Assembly (NCBI GenBank): GCA_048941285.1
Contig: JBHLNS010000029.1
Span: forward strand, 1 to 43,939
From: Promethearchaeota archaeon
GTDB lineage: Archaea; Asgardarchaeota; Lokiarchaeia; Sigyniarchaeales; SOKP01
Length of the DNA: 43,939 nt
Reading direction: 5' to 3'
In this document: piece after piece, positions 1-9,563 of the stretch
How positions within the stretch are numbered: the first letter of the stretch is position 1
How the letters are laid out: each line of letters begins with the position of its first letter
Translations under genes and position numbers: made by a program
Notes under the pieces: generated by a model
Told to the model about the DNA's origin: nothing
What the model saw: the letters and a program-made list of their open reading frames with translations, nothing else
Databases searched by the model: none

Positions 1-1309
1 TTCCATAATTTCTAGCATTTTCAAGCCAAAAAATACCTGGTTCGCCATTAACTGCTATTTGATTCGCTATAAAGGAATAATCCAAGCCCTTAACTGCAAA
101 TACAGAATTATTACTAGCCCATCTATGAGAATATAATGCTTCGTCATCTTGCTTGCATGTTACAAAGTCCAAATCAGCGGGATCACCTAATGCAATTTCA
201 GCACTCCTGCGTACATTCCCAGCAACTACACATTTTCCGATGTGGTTCATGATATCTACAATGTCGACAGATGTTATTTTTTGACCTACTCTTAAGTGTA
301 AGATCTTCTGAATTTCTTCTAGCATTTCTTTTAAAGGTCTCGGACCGCTAGCAACCCCACCAAACCCTCTTATAGGTTCCCCAGCATGCCTAATGAGGTT
401 AAAGTTATATATTGGAACTTGCTTTCCTAAAAAATATGCTTCTAACATTAATTTAAGGGACTCTACCCAACCTTCTCTACTATCAGGGATTTGAAATTCA
501 AAACTTCCTTCTTGGGGAGTTTTAACTTTAATTTTACCTGCTCCTTTTGTATCAAAACCAACACCAACTCCGAGCATTAGAGCATCCATGACAAATTCAA
601 ATGCTTTAGAGTATTTTAAATTAATATCCTCAGTAGAAGCAAACCCACAATTATTAAGAGACATTGAACCATGACGTGCGATAAATTCTGTACCCATCAT
701 CCATAATCCTCGTCCCGGTGGAATGAATTTAAAATTCCATATCTTATTAAACATTTTTTGAGCAGACTTTTGAGCTTTCTCATCACTCCACGGCAAACTT
801 AATTTGATACAATGTTCTTTCTGGATGGAGTAACACCCTTCTACTACTCTTCGAATAGTCTCCCAGAATTCTTCTTTTCTACTTTCTTTTTCAATAATTC
901 TGGCATAAGTTCTTTTATAGGTTATATATCCAAGAGGTCCCCAATCAGGTTGCTTACTCTTGTAATTATTTAGGAATTCCTCATCAAGTTTAAAAGAAAT
1001 ATTTTCCAAATTAATAGCACGAGCAAAAAGGTTTCTATATTTGTTCAATCCTCTTTGAGTTAATTCAACACAGACCAATTCCCTTATATAATTTGTAGTT
1101 ATCTCATTTACATCGAGTCCAATTATCTTTCGTATAACATCTTCTGCTACTTTTTCTGCTATATGGATATCGAGCCCTGTTTCTTTATTTAATACTTTTG
1201 CGATGCTATTTTCATCGAATTTTTTCTTTTCTCCTTTTGAGTTAATAACGTATTTTGGATACAAATCTATTAACGAGAAGGAATTATTGGGCATTTTTTT
1301 CATCAACAT
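1..1309 (-). CDS. nrdJ: Adenosylcobalamin-dependent ribonucleotide reductase (class II, monomeric RTPR-like) with N-terminal ATP-cone; 3' end outside window
   Basis: Manual translation (absent from ORF track): YVINSKGEKKKFDENSI (ATP-cone), GYITYKRTYAR, PPGRGLW, SLNNCGF, LMLGVGVGFD, DSREGW, GFGGVASGP, VVAGNVRRSAEI, RWASNNS, NGEPG. In-frame ATGs at 1309/1303/1294. Confidence 0.92.
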   Translation of the reverse strand, partial: MLMKKMPNNSFSLIDLYPKYVINSKGEKKKFDENSIAKVLNKETGLDIHIAEKVAEDVIRKIIGLDVNEITTNYIRELVCVELTQRGLNKYRNLFARAINLENISFKLDEEFLNNYKSKQPDWGPLGYITYKRTYARIIEKESRKEEFWETIRRVVEGCYSIQKEHCIKLSLPWSDEKAQKSAQKMFNKIWNFKFIPPGRGLWMMGTEFIARHGSMSLNNCGFASTEDINLKYSKAFEFVMDALMLGVGVGFDTKGAGKIKVKTPQEGSFEFQIPDSREGWVESLKLMLEAYFLGKQVPIYNFNLIRHAGEPIRGFGGVASGPRPLKEMLEEIQKILHLRVGQKITSVDIVDIMNHIGKCVVAGNVRRSAEIALGDPADLDFVTCKQDDEALYSHRWASNNSVFAVKGLDYSFIANQIAVNGEPGIFWLENARNYG

Positions 1310-1746
1310 TCAGGTATATTATTATTCTTGTAATTTTATCGGCTAAATTAATTATTAACTAATTTTTTCTGCCTTAACCTACCTATAAACTTATGCTTTC
1401 TTTTAATTTAAAATTATTGTTTCATTTCTATTAAGCGATTGATTGATTTCTCTAATCTTTCATTATTTATGGAATAATAAATCTATGGAATATACACAAA
1501 TCTGTAAATATAATTTTATTTATTTTATTTTAAAAATCCCTTATAATTTTTCGTCGAAATAATGTCGGACATGTTATATTAAACTTATTAATTGCTTGCA
1601 TTTAAAGAAAAATTCAGAATTGAATAACTAATTTATCACCAATTTTAATTTCTATAAAATAAAATAATAAAAAGAGAATTCAATTATTTGTAAATAATAA
1701 TATAATATGATATATTTTAAAAAAAGTTAATAGATGAGTGTAAAAA

Positions 1747-2574
1747 ATGTCAGTTGTTGAAATTTTAATTATCATCGGATATTCTGCCCTATTCCTTTTG
1801 GGTTATCTTGTTATCGCGTTTATAATTGGAACGATAAAGAAAAATAATGGGTTGATGGATATATTTTATGGACCAGGATATTTCGTAGTAGCGTTAATTA
1901 GCTTAATTTTTTATTTTATTCTAAATAGTACCATAAATATTCGCCAGTTACTAATCACAACCTTAGTTTTTATATGGGCATTAAGGCTTGCAACTTATGT
2001 ATTCATACGAAATAGAGGGAAACCTGAAGATTATCGATATCAGGAAATGAGGGAAAGATGGAAAACAAATATTGTTCTTAAAAGTTTTATAAGAGTTTAT
2101 ATCTTTCAAGGTGTAGTTATTTTCATAGTTGCATTTCCTGTTTGGTTTGTCAATATTAGCAATAATCCTCCAATATTAAGTTTATTAGACTTTGCAGGGG
2201 TCACATTATGGCTAGGTGCAATATTTTGGTTGATTGGATTCTTATTCGAAACATTTGGAGATTATCAGCTATATAAATTTAAAAAAAACCCAGAGAATAA
2301 AGGAAAAGTTATGGATAAGGGATTATGGAAATACACCCAACATCCCAATTACTTTGGAGAAGTCACTCAATGGTGGGGGCTTTACGTTATTGCGATTGCA
2401 GCACCATTTGGGTTTATTACATTTATTGGCCCACTTTTTATCACATATATGATTATAAAAGTATCAGGAATAAAATTGCTAGATAAACACTATGAAGGAG
2501 ATGATAAATACGCAGACTATAAAAAAAGAACTAGCACCTTCTTTCCATGGTTTCCTAAAAAAAAGAGTTCATAG
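1747..2574 (+). CDS. DUF1295 family membrane protein (steroid 5-alpha-reductase-like)
   Basis: Multi-TM; WALRL, EDYRY, GDYQLYKFK, GLWKYTQHPNYFGE motifs. Confidence 0.88.
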   Translation: MSVVEILIIIGYSALFLLGYLVIAFIIGTIKKNNGLMDIFYGPGYFVVALISLIFYFILNSTINIRQLLITTLVFIWALRLATYVFIRNRGKPEDYRYQEMRERWKTNIVLKSFIRVYIFQGVVIFIVAFPVWFVNISNNPPILSLLDFAGVTLWLGAIFWLIGFLFETFGDYQLYKFKKNPENKGKVMDKGLWKYTQHPNYFGEVTQWWGLYVIAIAAPFGFITFIGPLFITYMIIKVSGIKLLDKHYEGDDKYADYKKRTSTFFPWFPKKKSS

Positions 2575-2751
2575 AACAATTTTTCAATTACTATCCACTT
2601 TTCCACTTACACCAATTTGTAAACAAATTCTTTTTGGTTTTATTTGAAAATAATATCTTATATTTTAGTCGAAATTTTATCGTTGTTTTTAAGTATCCTA
2701 GAAGATTCTGTCATATTTAAATAAAAAAGAGATAGAGCGTAATAAAATTCA

Positions 2752-3618
2752 TTATGTAATTCTAGTTAAAAAATCATGAATTTTATCTATAATTAACACT
2801 ATGATAGGTATAAAAAATCCTACTAAAAAAGCTATCGGAATTCCCCACCATCTCGATAGGATTTGACCATCTATTGAAGAAGTATAAAGAATCATTCCTG
2901 TTACTATTAAACCAAATATTAAAGAACATATTATAGAAGCAATAAAAAAAAATTTAACTTTTAAGCTCAAGCCCCCCTTTAATGTTCCTTTTCTCGGAAC
3001 AAATCCAAAATTTTCAAGAAGATATTTGTTCATTTCAAGACTAATTGCTTTTTTTATACTCTTTCTCAATCTATGATAAAGGTAATTCACAAAAAAAGTG
3101 CGATTTAACTCATAAACTTTACCCACAATGAAATAAAAATCAGAGTATGAGAGTTTATAATCATCAGAAAGTTTATATTTATCCTTAGGTCGTATAGTAT
3201 TAAAAAAAGACAAAAGTCGTGTTTTTAAAATTAAGTTTCGATTTGCTTCATGTGATGAATCAAATCTATCAAATTCTTTCTTAATTCTAATTAATGCATG
3301 ATCTCTCCCATATAATCCAAAGTTTTCAGATAGATGCTGCTCCATTTCCATTTCTATCTTGATTCCATAATTTTTCTTGACTAATTTTTTTAACTTTTTA
3401 TAAATTGGTTCAAAAAAAAGCTCTAGACTTAAATTGCAATTCAAAGTTAATTTATAAGTCTCTCCAATAATATTAAAAGATTCAGAGTCAGATAGGGATG
3501 GATATTTATCCCTATTAAGTAAATTGAGTAGGTAAGATAAGACTTTCCGTTTGGATGGTAATCCCTTTTGAAGTTCTTCATTAATATGATTCATTACTTG
3601 ATTTTTAGTAGAACTCAT
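2752..3618 (-). CDS. Hypothetical protein with internal duplication and two C-terminal TM helices
   Basis: 288-aa ORF; repeats LSDSESFNIIGETYKL..EMEQHLSENFG and LSYSDFYFIVGKVYEL..EMNKYLLENFG; hydrophobic C-terminus. Confidence 0.7.
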   Translation of the reverse strand: MSSTKNQVMNHINEELQKGLPSKRKVLSYLLNLLNRDKYPSLSDSESFNIIGETYKLTLNCNLSLELFFEPIYKKLKKLVKKNYGIKIEMEMEQHLSENFGLYGRDHALIRIKKEFDRFDSSHEANRNLILKTRLLSFFNTIRPKDKYKLSDDYKLSYSDFYFIVGKVYELNRTFFVNYLYHRLRKSIKKAISLEMNKYLLENFGFVPRKGTLKGGLSLKVKFFFIASIICSLIFGLIVTGMILYTSSIDGQILSRWWGIPIAFLVGFFIPIIVLIIDKIHDFLTRIT

Positions 3619-4019
3619 TTATTTTTCATCTCTATCTATTAAACTTTAGCTTAAAATTTAAAGAAAATTTATTGTTAATTTAATTTTTCGATAAAAGCTA
3701 TTAAATCATTTCTTCTTCCAATATGCTCTCCAAAATTGAATAATCAAAATTTAAATGCATTATTTAGAATATAAAGGTAATAATGACAAATAATAGTAAA
3801 ATCTAAAATTTACCAATAAATTTACCAAAAAGTGGGGTAAGAATAGATTTCCAAGATTTCATATTTAATTTGTCTTTTTTTGATTCAATAAAATAATGTA
3901 TATTATTTTCGACTTATCCTATGATTTTTAATCTGAAAATTTATAAATAGTAACAAAATATAATCAAGAAACATACAACACACTAGCTTTAGTGAAGAAT
4001 AGTATATTTGTGAGAAAAA

Positions 4020-4916
4020 GTGGATTCAAAAAATTCAGAAGATAACAAGAATACTGATAATGCTATTATTAAAGAAGAAATCAGTCTAAATTTGCGTGTA
4101 TGGCTGCCGTTATTCTATGTTATTTACTTTTTCTCCTATTTATTTCCAGGAATAGTTTTTATGATATATATCATGTTATTTTATTTCCCATATTTCTTAG
4201 CGGAACCGAATTTTATTTCCCTTTTTACTAAATTACCTTCCCTAATTGCTTCATTAACAATACCCCTTGTAATAATAATATGTTATTTAATTCATTTATT
4301 TATTGTAGCATTAATAACTCGTTGGTTCTGGAGATACTCAGAAAAAAAATCCCCATCAAAATCTGGTATCATTCCAAGGAACATCCCTAGTAAAACTTTG
4401 AATTTTTATCATTTTCGCAGTTTTATTATTAAATACCCAAAAAATGTATTTTCACGAGGTCCTTTTCCTTGGTTATTAAAATGGATGTATAATTTTGTTG
4501 GAACTAACAAAATAGGTAAAGGCTCGGTAGTAGAAGAACAAGTAGCGGGAGACAGATTTGTAGAAATAGGAGAAAATACATATATAGGCACAAATCCAGG
4601 TATTAGTTCTCATGCCGTAGACGGTATTTTTGGTAATATTGCATTTGCAAAAGTAAAAATTGGAGATAATGTTACTGCTGCTGGTTTTAATTGTTTTGCC
4701 CCTGGAATGAATACGGGTAATAATTCATGGTGGCTACCGATGACAGGAGCAACAAAATATAATATTCTCAAAGGTGATAACTTCTACTTCGGTACTCCAT
4801 TGAGGAAAATATTCAAAAAAAGGGTAATGGAATATCTACAAATTACAGAAGAGGATTTAAAAAGAGCAGAAGAATTTCAAAAAAAGAAAAAGGATAAGGT
4901 TCAAGTAAATGAATGA
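4020..4916 (+). CDS. Membrane acyltransferase-like protein (2 TM + left-handed beta-helix), module type A
   Basis: Two hydrophobic segments, SPSKSGIIPRN, hexapeptide repeats KIGKGSVV/EIGENTYIG/KIGDNVTA, YFGTP end motif. Confidence 0.8.
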   Translation: MDSKNSEDNKNTDNAIIKEEISLNLRVWLPLFYVIYFFSYLFPGIVFMIYIMLFYFPYFLAEPNFISLFTKLPSLIASLTIPLVIIICYLIHLFIVALITRWFWRYSEKKSPSKSGIIPRNIPSKTLNFYHFRSFIIKYPKNVFSRGPFPWLLKWMYNFVGTNKIGKGSVVEEQVAGDRFVEIGENTYIGTNPGISSHAVDGIFGNIAFAKVKIGDNVTAAGFNCFAPGMNTGNNSWWLPMTGATKYNILKGDNFYFGTPLRKIFKKRVMEYLQITEEDLKRAEEFQKKKKDKVQVNE

Positions 4917-5823
4917 GAAAAAAGAGAAATCAATTGATACAGATAAGGTTGATTATACTATTGATTTTGTAACAACTAGTGCAATTAGCAAAATTGGCTA
5001 TAAGTTTCTTGGTTTTTATATCCCGATTTTGTGGATATCGGGATATATGGCTATTGCAGTATTTTTTGATGTCTCCTGGTTAATTGCTGATCAAACTAGT
5101 ATGATCGCTGGTTGGATCATCACCATGTTTCTAATACCCGTTTGGTTGTTTGTTTTATACTTCATTTTTGTTTTTGGCATCGCAGTATTTACAAAAGCAT
5201 TCCTTCTAATAATAAATATGATTCACAAGCCTAAAGAGGGTATTTTTAAGGCGGAGGAAGGTGATCAAGATTATGAGTTTTGGAGATTACGTGTAGAGCT
5301 TAAGAAGTTAGTTTTTTGGTTTATGAACAATGGACCAATAACTTGGGTGGTTATGTGGGGTTTTAGGTGGATGAATATTAAGGTAGATTTCTCAAGTCAT
5401 ATGCAAGATGCTTGGGCAGATGGTGGATTTATAGAATTTGGAAGAAATGTTACTGTGGGGCAAGGAGCAGTTGTTATGAGTTCTATGGTTATAGGAAAAT
5501 ATTTGATAATAAAAAAAGTTACTCTTGATGATTATACTGTTGTAGGAGGGCTTTCACTAATCTCTCCTGGCACAAAATTAGGAAAAGAATCCATAATTGG
5601 TGCATTTTCTGGAACAATCCCTAACCAGTTTTTAGAACCTGGCTGGATCTATTTAGGACCTCATTTTGCGAGAAAATTAAAACCAAATAAGTATGCAGAA
5701 CAACGAAGAGATATTATCTATAAAAAGCACGTTGATGATGAAATAAAATATGAAGTTAAGCACGATGTTAATATAGATGAGGATAAGAAAGATCTCCTAA
5801 ATAACTATGAGGAGGAAGAATAA
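4909..5823 (+). CDS. Membrane acyltransferase-like protein (2 TM + LbH), module type B
   Basis: IDFVTTSAIS start, HKPKEGIF..DYEFWRLR, hexapeptides EFGRNVTVGQGAVV; overlaps upstream gene by 8 nt. Confidence 0.8.
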   Translation: MNEKKEKSIDTDKVDYTIDFVTTSAISKIGYKFLGFYIPILWISGYMAIAVFFDVSWLIADQTSMIAGWIITMFLIPVWLFVLYFIFVFGIAVFTKAFLLIINMIHKPKEGIFKAEEGDQDYEFWRLRVELKKLVFWFMNNGPITWVVMWGFRWMNIKVDFSSHMQDAWADGGFIEFGRNVTVGQGAVVMSSMVIGKYLIIKKVTLDDYTVVGGLSLISPGTKLGKESIIGAFSGTIPNQFLEPGWIYLGPHFARKLKPNKYAEQRRDIIYKKHVDDEIKYEVKHDVNIDEDKKDLLNNYEEEE

Positions 5824-5826
5824 ATT

Positions 5827-6678
5827 ATGTCTGTACCCTCAAGTTTAAAAGTTGGGCCAAATACTAGTTTAGTTTTAGTAAAAAAGAGGTATTTGATATT
5901 TTATATTTTCTTAATTTGGATTAGTATTTTTTCAATTCAGTTTGAATTTTGGTTATTATGGAAACTTTATGTTAATGAAAAATTTGTTCAATTCTATTTT
6001 TTTTTACCTTTACTAATTTTTGTAATGTACCTTACATCAATTTTGGTATCACTAATTTTTGCAAAAATTCTGCTTCTATGCGTTAATCTAATTCATAAAC
6101 CAAGTGAAGGTGTATTCATTAGAGACCGATTCGATAGAGACTATAGATACTGGAGTATAAGAAATACAATTAAAAAATGGCCAATTTGGATTTCTCACAA
6201 ATTTCCTTTCCCCTTTATGGATAATATATGCTTTAAAATGTTTGGAGTTAAAACTAGATATTCTAATTCTTTGTTTGAAGGCTGGGTTGATACAGAATTC
6301 ATTGAATTTGGTAAAAATGTGGTAGTAGGCCAGGGAGCTGTTGTTCAATCCGCAATTATAGTTGGTAATTTAATCATAATTAGAAAAACTATTATCGAGG
6401 ACAATGCTATGATTGGATCTCAAAGTGTAGTCATGCCCGGAACACACATGAAAAAGAATTCTATTTTAGGCGGACATTCTATGACCACAGTAGGTCAAGA
6501 ATTAGAAGAAGACTTCATCTATTTAGGAGCGCCAGCAAAAAAGTTTAAGAAAAATGTGTTCTTTGAAGATGATTTAGAAGAAATCATTAAAAATGAATTG
6601 GAAAAGAAAATAGAATCTCGAGAGGAATTCGAAGATTTATATACTATACGCAAGGATAAGGAAGCTAATATTGAATAA
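5827..6678 (+). CDS. Membrane acyltransferase-like protein (2 TM + LbH), module type C
   Basis: HKPSEGVF..DYRYWSIR, EFGKNVVVGQGAVV, IIEDNAMIGSQSVVMPG, YLGAPAK. Confidence 0.8.
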   Translation: MSVPSSLKVGPNTSLVLVKKRYLIFYIFLIWISIFSIQFEFWLLWKLYVNEKFVQFYFFLPLLIFVMYLTSILVSLIFAKILLLCVNLIHKPSEGVFIRDRFDRDYRYWSIRNTIKKWPIWISHKFPFPFMDNICFKMFGVKTRYSNSLFEGWVDTEFIEFGKNVVVGQGAVVQSAIIVGNLIIIRKTIIEDNAMIGSQSVVMPGTHMKKNSILGGHSMTTVGQELEEDFIYLGAPAKKFKKNVFFEDDLEEIIKNELEKKIESREEFEDLYTIRKDKEANIE

Positions 6679-6715
6679 TATATATCCATTTTAATGGTTT
6701 ATTAAAAATTTAAAG

Positions 6716-7513
6716 ATGATTGAAATGAAAGTAGGTTATATTCAAACTTCTCCACATTTTGGCAATAAAGAACGTAATTTTAAAGAAATTGAAAAGCTTA
6801 CACTAAATTTAAAAGCAGATTTAATTGTTTTACCAGAATTATTTGCCACAGGTTATACTTTTACCTCTAAAGAGGAAGCATTCTCATTAGCAGAGGATCG
6901 CAAAGGTGAAACTACTCAATTTTTAACTAAAATTGCTAAATTAACGAGATCAATAGTTGTTGGAGGATTTATCGAAAAAGAAGGAGATAATATTTACAAT
7001 GCTGCAATGATAGTCTCAAATGAAGGAATTATCGGTTCATATAGGAAAATTCATTTATATTATAAAGAAAAATTATGGTTTGCTCCAGGGAATAAACCTT
7101 TAAAGATATATGATATTGATGGAATTAAAATAGGTATTATGATTTGTTTTGATTGGATCTTCCCAGAAACTGCACGGACACTTGCTCTTTTAGGTGCGGA
7201 TATTATTGCCCATCCATCAAATTTAGTACTTCCATATTGTCAAAAAGCAATGATAACAAGATGCTTAGAAAATCGAGTATTTGCAATAACTTCGAATAGA
7301 ATAGGTGATGAAAAAAGAGGCATAGATCATTTTAGGTTTACAGGTGGGAGTCAAATAACCTCATATAATGGAGAAGTTTTGTCTTCCGCCCCAGAAGCTA
7401 AAGAATTCGTTGATATAGTTGATATTGATATTGAAAGGGCGAGAAATAAAAATCTTAACGATTTTAATAATTTAATCGAAGATAGACGAATAAATTTTTA
7501 TCAAAATATTTAA
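6716..7513 (+). CDS. Nitrilase / carbon-nitrogen hydrolase family protein
   Basis: E-K-C triad in VLPELF, YRKIHL, ICFDWIFPE. Confidence 0.92.
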   Translation: MIEMKVGYIQTSPHFGNKERNFKEIEKLTLNLKADLIVLPELFATGYTFTSKEEAFSLAEDRKGETTQFLTKIAKLTRSIVVGGFIEKEGDNIYNAAMIVSNEGIIGSYRKIHLYYKEKLWFAPGNKPLKIYDIDGIKIGIMICFDWIFPETARTLALLGADIIAHPSNLVLPYCQKAMITRCLENRVFAITSNRIGDEKRGIDHFRFTGGSQITSYNGEVLSSAPEAKEFVDIVDIDIERARNKNLNDFNNLIEDRRINFYQNI

Positions 7514-7536
7514 AAGCTATAATTGATGCTCTTTTT

Positions 7537-8436
7537 ATGAAAATAGGATATCCTTGTATAAATTTAACATTAAACTGCAGAAGTAGTAGAACATTTCGCT
7601 TAAGAAATTATTCAGAAGGAAGACTAATTGAAACCATCGGAAACAATTTAGATTGCTTGGCAGAAATATTGAAATTCAATTATAAAAATAAAATCTTTTT
7701 TTTCAGGGTTACGTCAGATTTAATACCTTTCGCTTCTCATCCAATCATGAAATTTGATTGGCAAGAATACTTTAAGTCAAAATTTGAAGAAATTGGCACT
7801 TACATAAAAAAAAACTCAATACGTATCACAATGCATCCTGGTCAATATACTGTTCTCAACTCTAACAGTGATAAAGTAGTCCAAAATAGTATAAAAGAAT
7901 TAATATATCATATAGAGGTCCTAAAGTTATTGGGATTAGATTCAGAAGCGAAAATAATTACTCACATTGGAGGTGTTTATGGCGATAAGAAGAATAGCAT
8001 CAAGCGATTTATAAAACGACATAAAGAACTCGATCAAAATATAAAAAAACACTATGTCATTGAAAATGATGATAAATATTATAACTTGAGGGATTGCCTA
8101 TTGATCAATGAATCTACAGAAATACCAATCGTTTTGGACTCATATCATCATTACTGTCACAATCAAGGGGAATCATTGGAAGAAGCTATAGGACTTATTA
8201 ATGAAACGTGGAAGAAAAACGATGGAATCCCTATTTTGCATTACAGTTCTGAGCACCCATTTAAAGGTAAATATAGACATGCTGATGAAATTGAAATAAG
8301 TCATTTCATAGAATTTATTGAAATAACAAAAAAGTATGATTTTGATTTAATGTTAGAGATTAAAAATAAAGAAAAAAGCGCAATATTGGCTGTGAATGCA
8401 CTAATTAATGACAAAAGATTTTATCAAAAAATATGA
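7537..8436 (+). CDS. uvsE: UV DNA damage endonuclease (UvsE/UVDE)
   Basis: MKIGYPCIN, FFRVTSDLIPFASHP, MHPGQYTVLNS, HIGGVYG, ENDD, HYS, HAD, MLEIKNKE. Confidence 0.93.
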   Translation: MKIGYPCINLTLNCRSSRTFRLRNYSEGRLIETIGNNLDCLAEILKFNYKNKIFFFRVTSDLIPFASHPIMKFDWQEYFKSKFEEIGTYIKKNSIRITMHPGQYTVLNSNSDKVVQNSIKELIYHIEVLKLLGLDSEAKIITHIGGVYGDKKNSIKRFIKRHKELDQNIKKHYVIENDDKYYNLRDCLLINESTEIPIVLDSYHHYCHNQGESLEEAIGLINETWKKNDGIPILHYSSEHPFKGKYRHADEIEISHFIEFIEITKKYDFDLMLEIKNKEKSAILAVNALINDKRFYQKI

Positions 8437-8483
8437 GAGTTGCATGTTTAGAATAGTTTTTTTAAAATTATTACTATTTACAA

Positions 8484-8966
8484 TTGGTGACAAGTATGAG
8501 TATAATTAAATTACCAAAAATGACTGAAAAAGAAATAGAAGAGGCAATCTATTCTCAAGATTTATGTAGAATTGCGTTTGTAGATAATAAATATCCTTAT
8601 ATCTCCCCTTTCCAATATGTATTATTTGAAGAAAATTTATATTTTCACTTTACTGATTATGGGAAAAAAAAGAAAATTCTCGAGAAGAATCCTAATGTAT
8701 GTGTTTCTATAGAAAAGTTTGAAGCAGATCTTAGTAGTTACTATTTTATTTCAATGCAGGGCAAATTAGAATTGGTCGAAGATAATAAATTAAAAAATAA
8801 AATAATTAATCAAATGGTCAAATCCGCGAGTAGTAAATATTCTAAGAATTTTTTATCCGTGCATGGTTTTGAAAAAAGTAAAGGGTGGGATGTATTTACA
8901 ACAAAGGATCAACTTATATATAAATTCAGACAAATTAGAAACCCAATTGGTTTAAAATCAATTTAA
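8484..8966 (+). CDS. Pyridoxamine 5'-phosphate oxidase-like FMN-binding protein (NimA-like)
   Basis: CRIAF..YPYISP..Y..LYFH..GKK..LEKNPNVCV pattern; start may be the ATG at 8496. Confidence 0.8.
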   Translation: MVTSMSIIKLPKMTEKEIEEAIYSQDLCRIAFVDNKYPYISPFQYVLFEENLYFHFTDYGKKKKILEKNPNVCVSIEKFEADLSSYYFISMQGKLELVEDNKLKNKIINQMVKSASSKYSKNFLSVHGFEKSKGWDVFTTKDQLIYKFRQIRNPIGLKSI

Positions 8967-9010
8967 TAGTATCTAAAAGTTCTTATCTTATAAATCAACA
9001 TTACTTTGTT

Positions 9011-9092
9011 AAAATAATAATTTGATTTGGAAGAGTTTGGCTAGCTCCAAAGAATAAAATCTCATTTTTATTATTTTATTCGTTCCAAATCA
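9011..9092 (-). ncRNA. Structured 3' UTR element of the selenoprotein gene (candidate SECIS or terminator)
   Basis: Perfect 10-bp inverted repeat TGATTTGGAA (9023-9032)/TTCCAAATCA (9083-9092) enclosing two hairpins; alternative 10-bp helix 9011-9020/9068-9077. Confidence 0.4.
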
Positions 9093-9563
9093 CTGATTAA
9101 TTTTTTCAAGAATTTGTAAAATTTCATTGTTTTCTGGTATATCATGCATGTTTTTTCCATAATACGCATATTGAATGATTCCTTTCTTGTCAATTACTAA
9201 TAGTCCTGGCATACGTCCAAGTTTAATCCACCTTTTTTCTTGTTTTAACATTGTAGCCACTTTTTCTGATTCATCATAAAAAACGGCATATTTTCGTGTA
9301 TATTTCTGGTCCATTTTCTTAGCATTTTTTTCATTATCTACTAAAATTGGATATAAATAACCGTCCAGTTCTTCAAACTTTTCAAGATCTCTTCTTAATC
9401 TAGCAGCATGCCAACGACAAAAAGGTCAATTTATATCTCTAAACAATATAAGTATTACATTTTTTTTATTTTCTAGGTCTCTGATATTGATTGTTTCACC
9501 TCTAGAGTTTGGTAATACAAATTCTTGTATTTTAGTTCCAACCAGATTAAATTTATCTTTCAT
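9090..9563 (-). CDS. Peroxiredoxin-like (AhpC/TSA, redoxin) selenoprotein; UGA at codon 46 read as Sec (UPFC)
   Basis: ATG 9563 gives MKDKFNLVGTKIQEFVLPNSRGETINIRDLENKKNVILILFRDIN-TGA(9428-9426)-PFCRWHAARL..., continuous in frame with the 74-aa ORF (..MPGLLVIDKKGIIQYAYYG). UGA occupies the first position of the CxxC site; 157 aa total. Confidence 0.85.

Noticed and set aside
8964-9003. UGAU...AGAU tandem-GA-like hairpin further downstream of the selenoprotein gene
   Set aside because: The upper helix is too short and mismatched for a SECIS; AT-rich chance pairing is likely.
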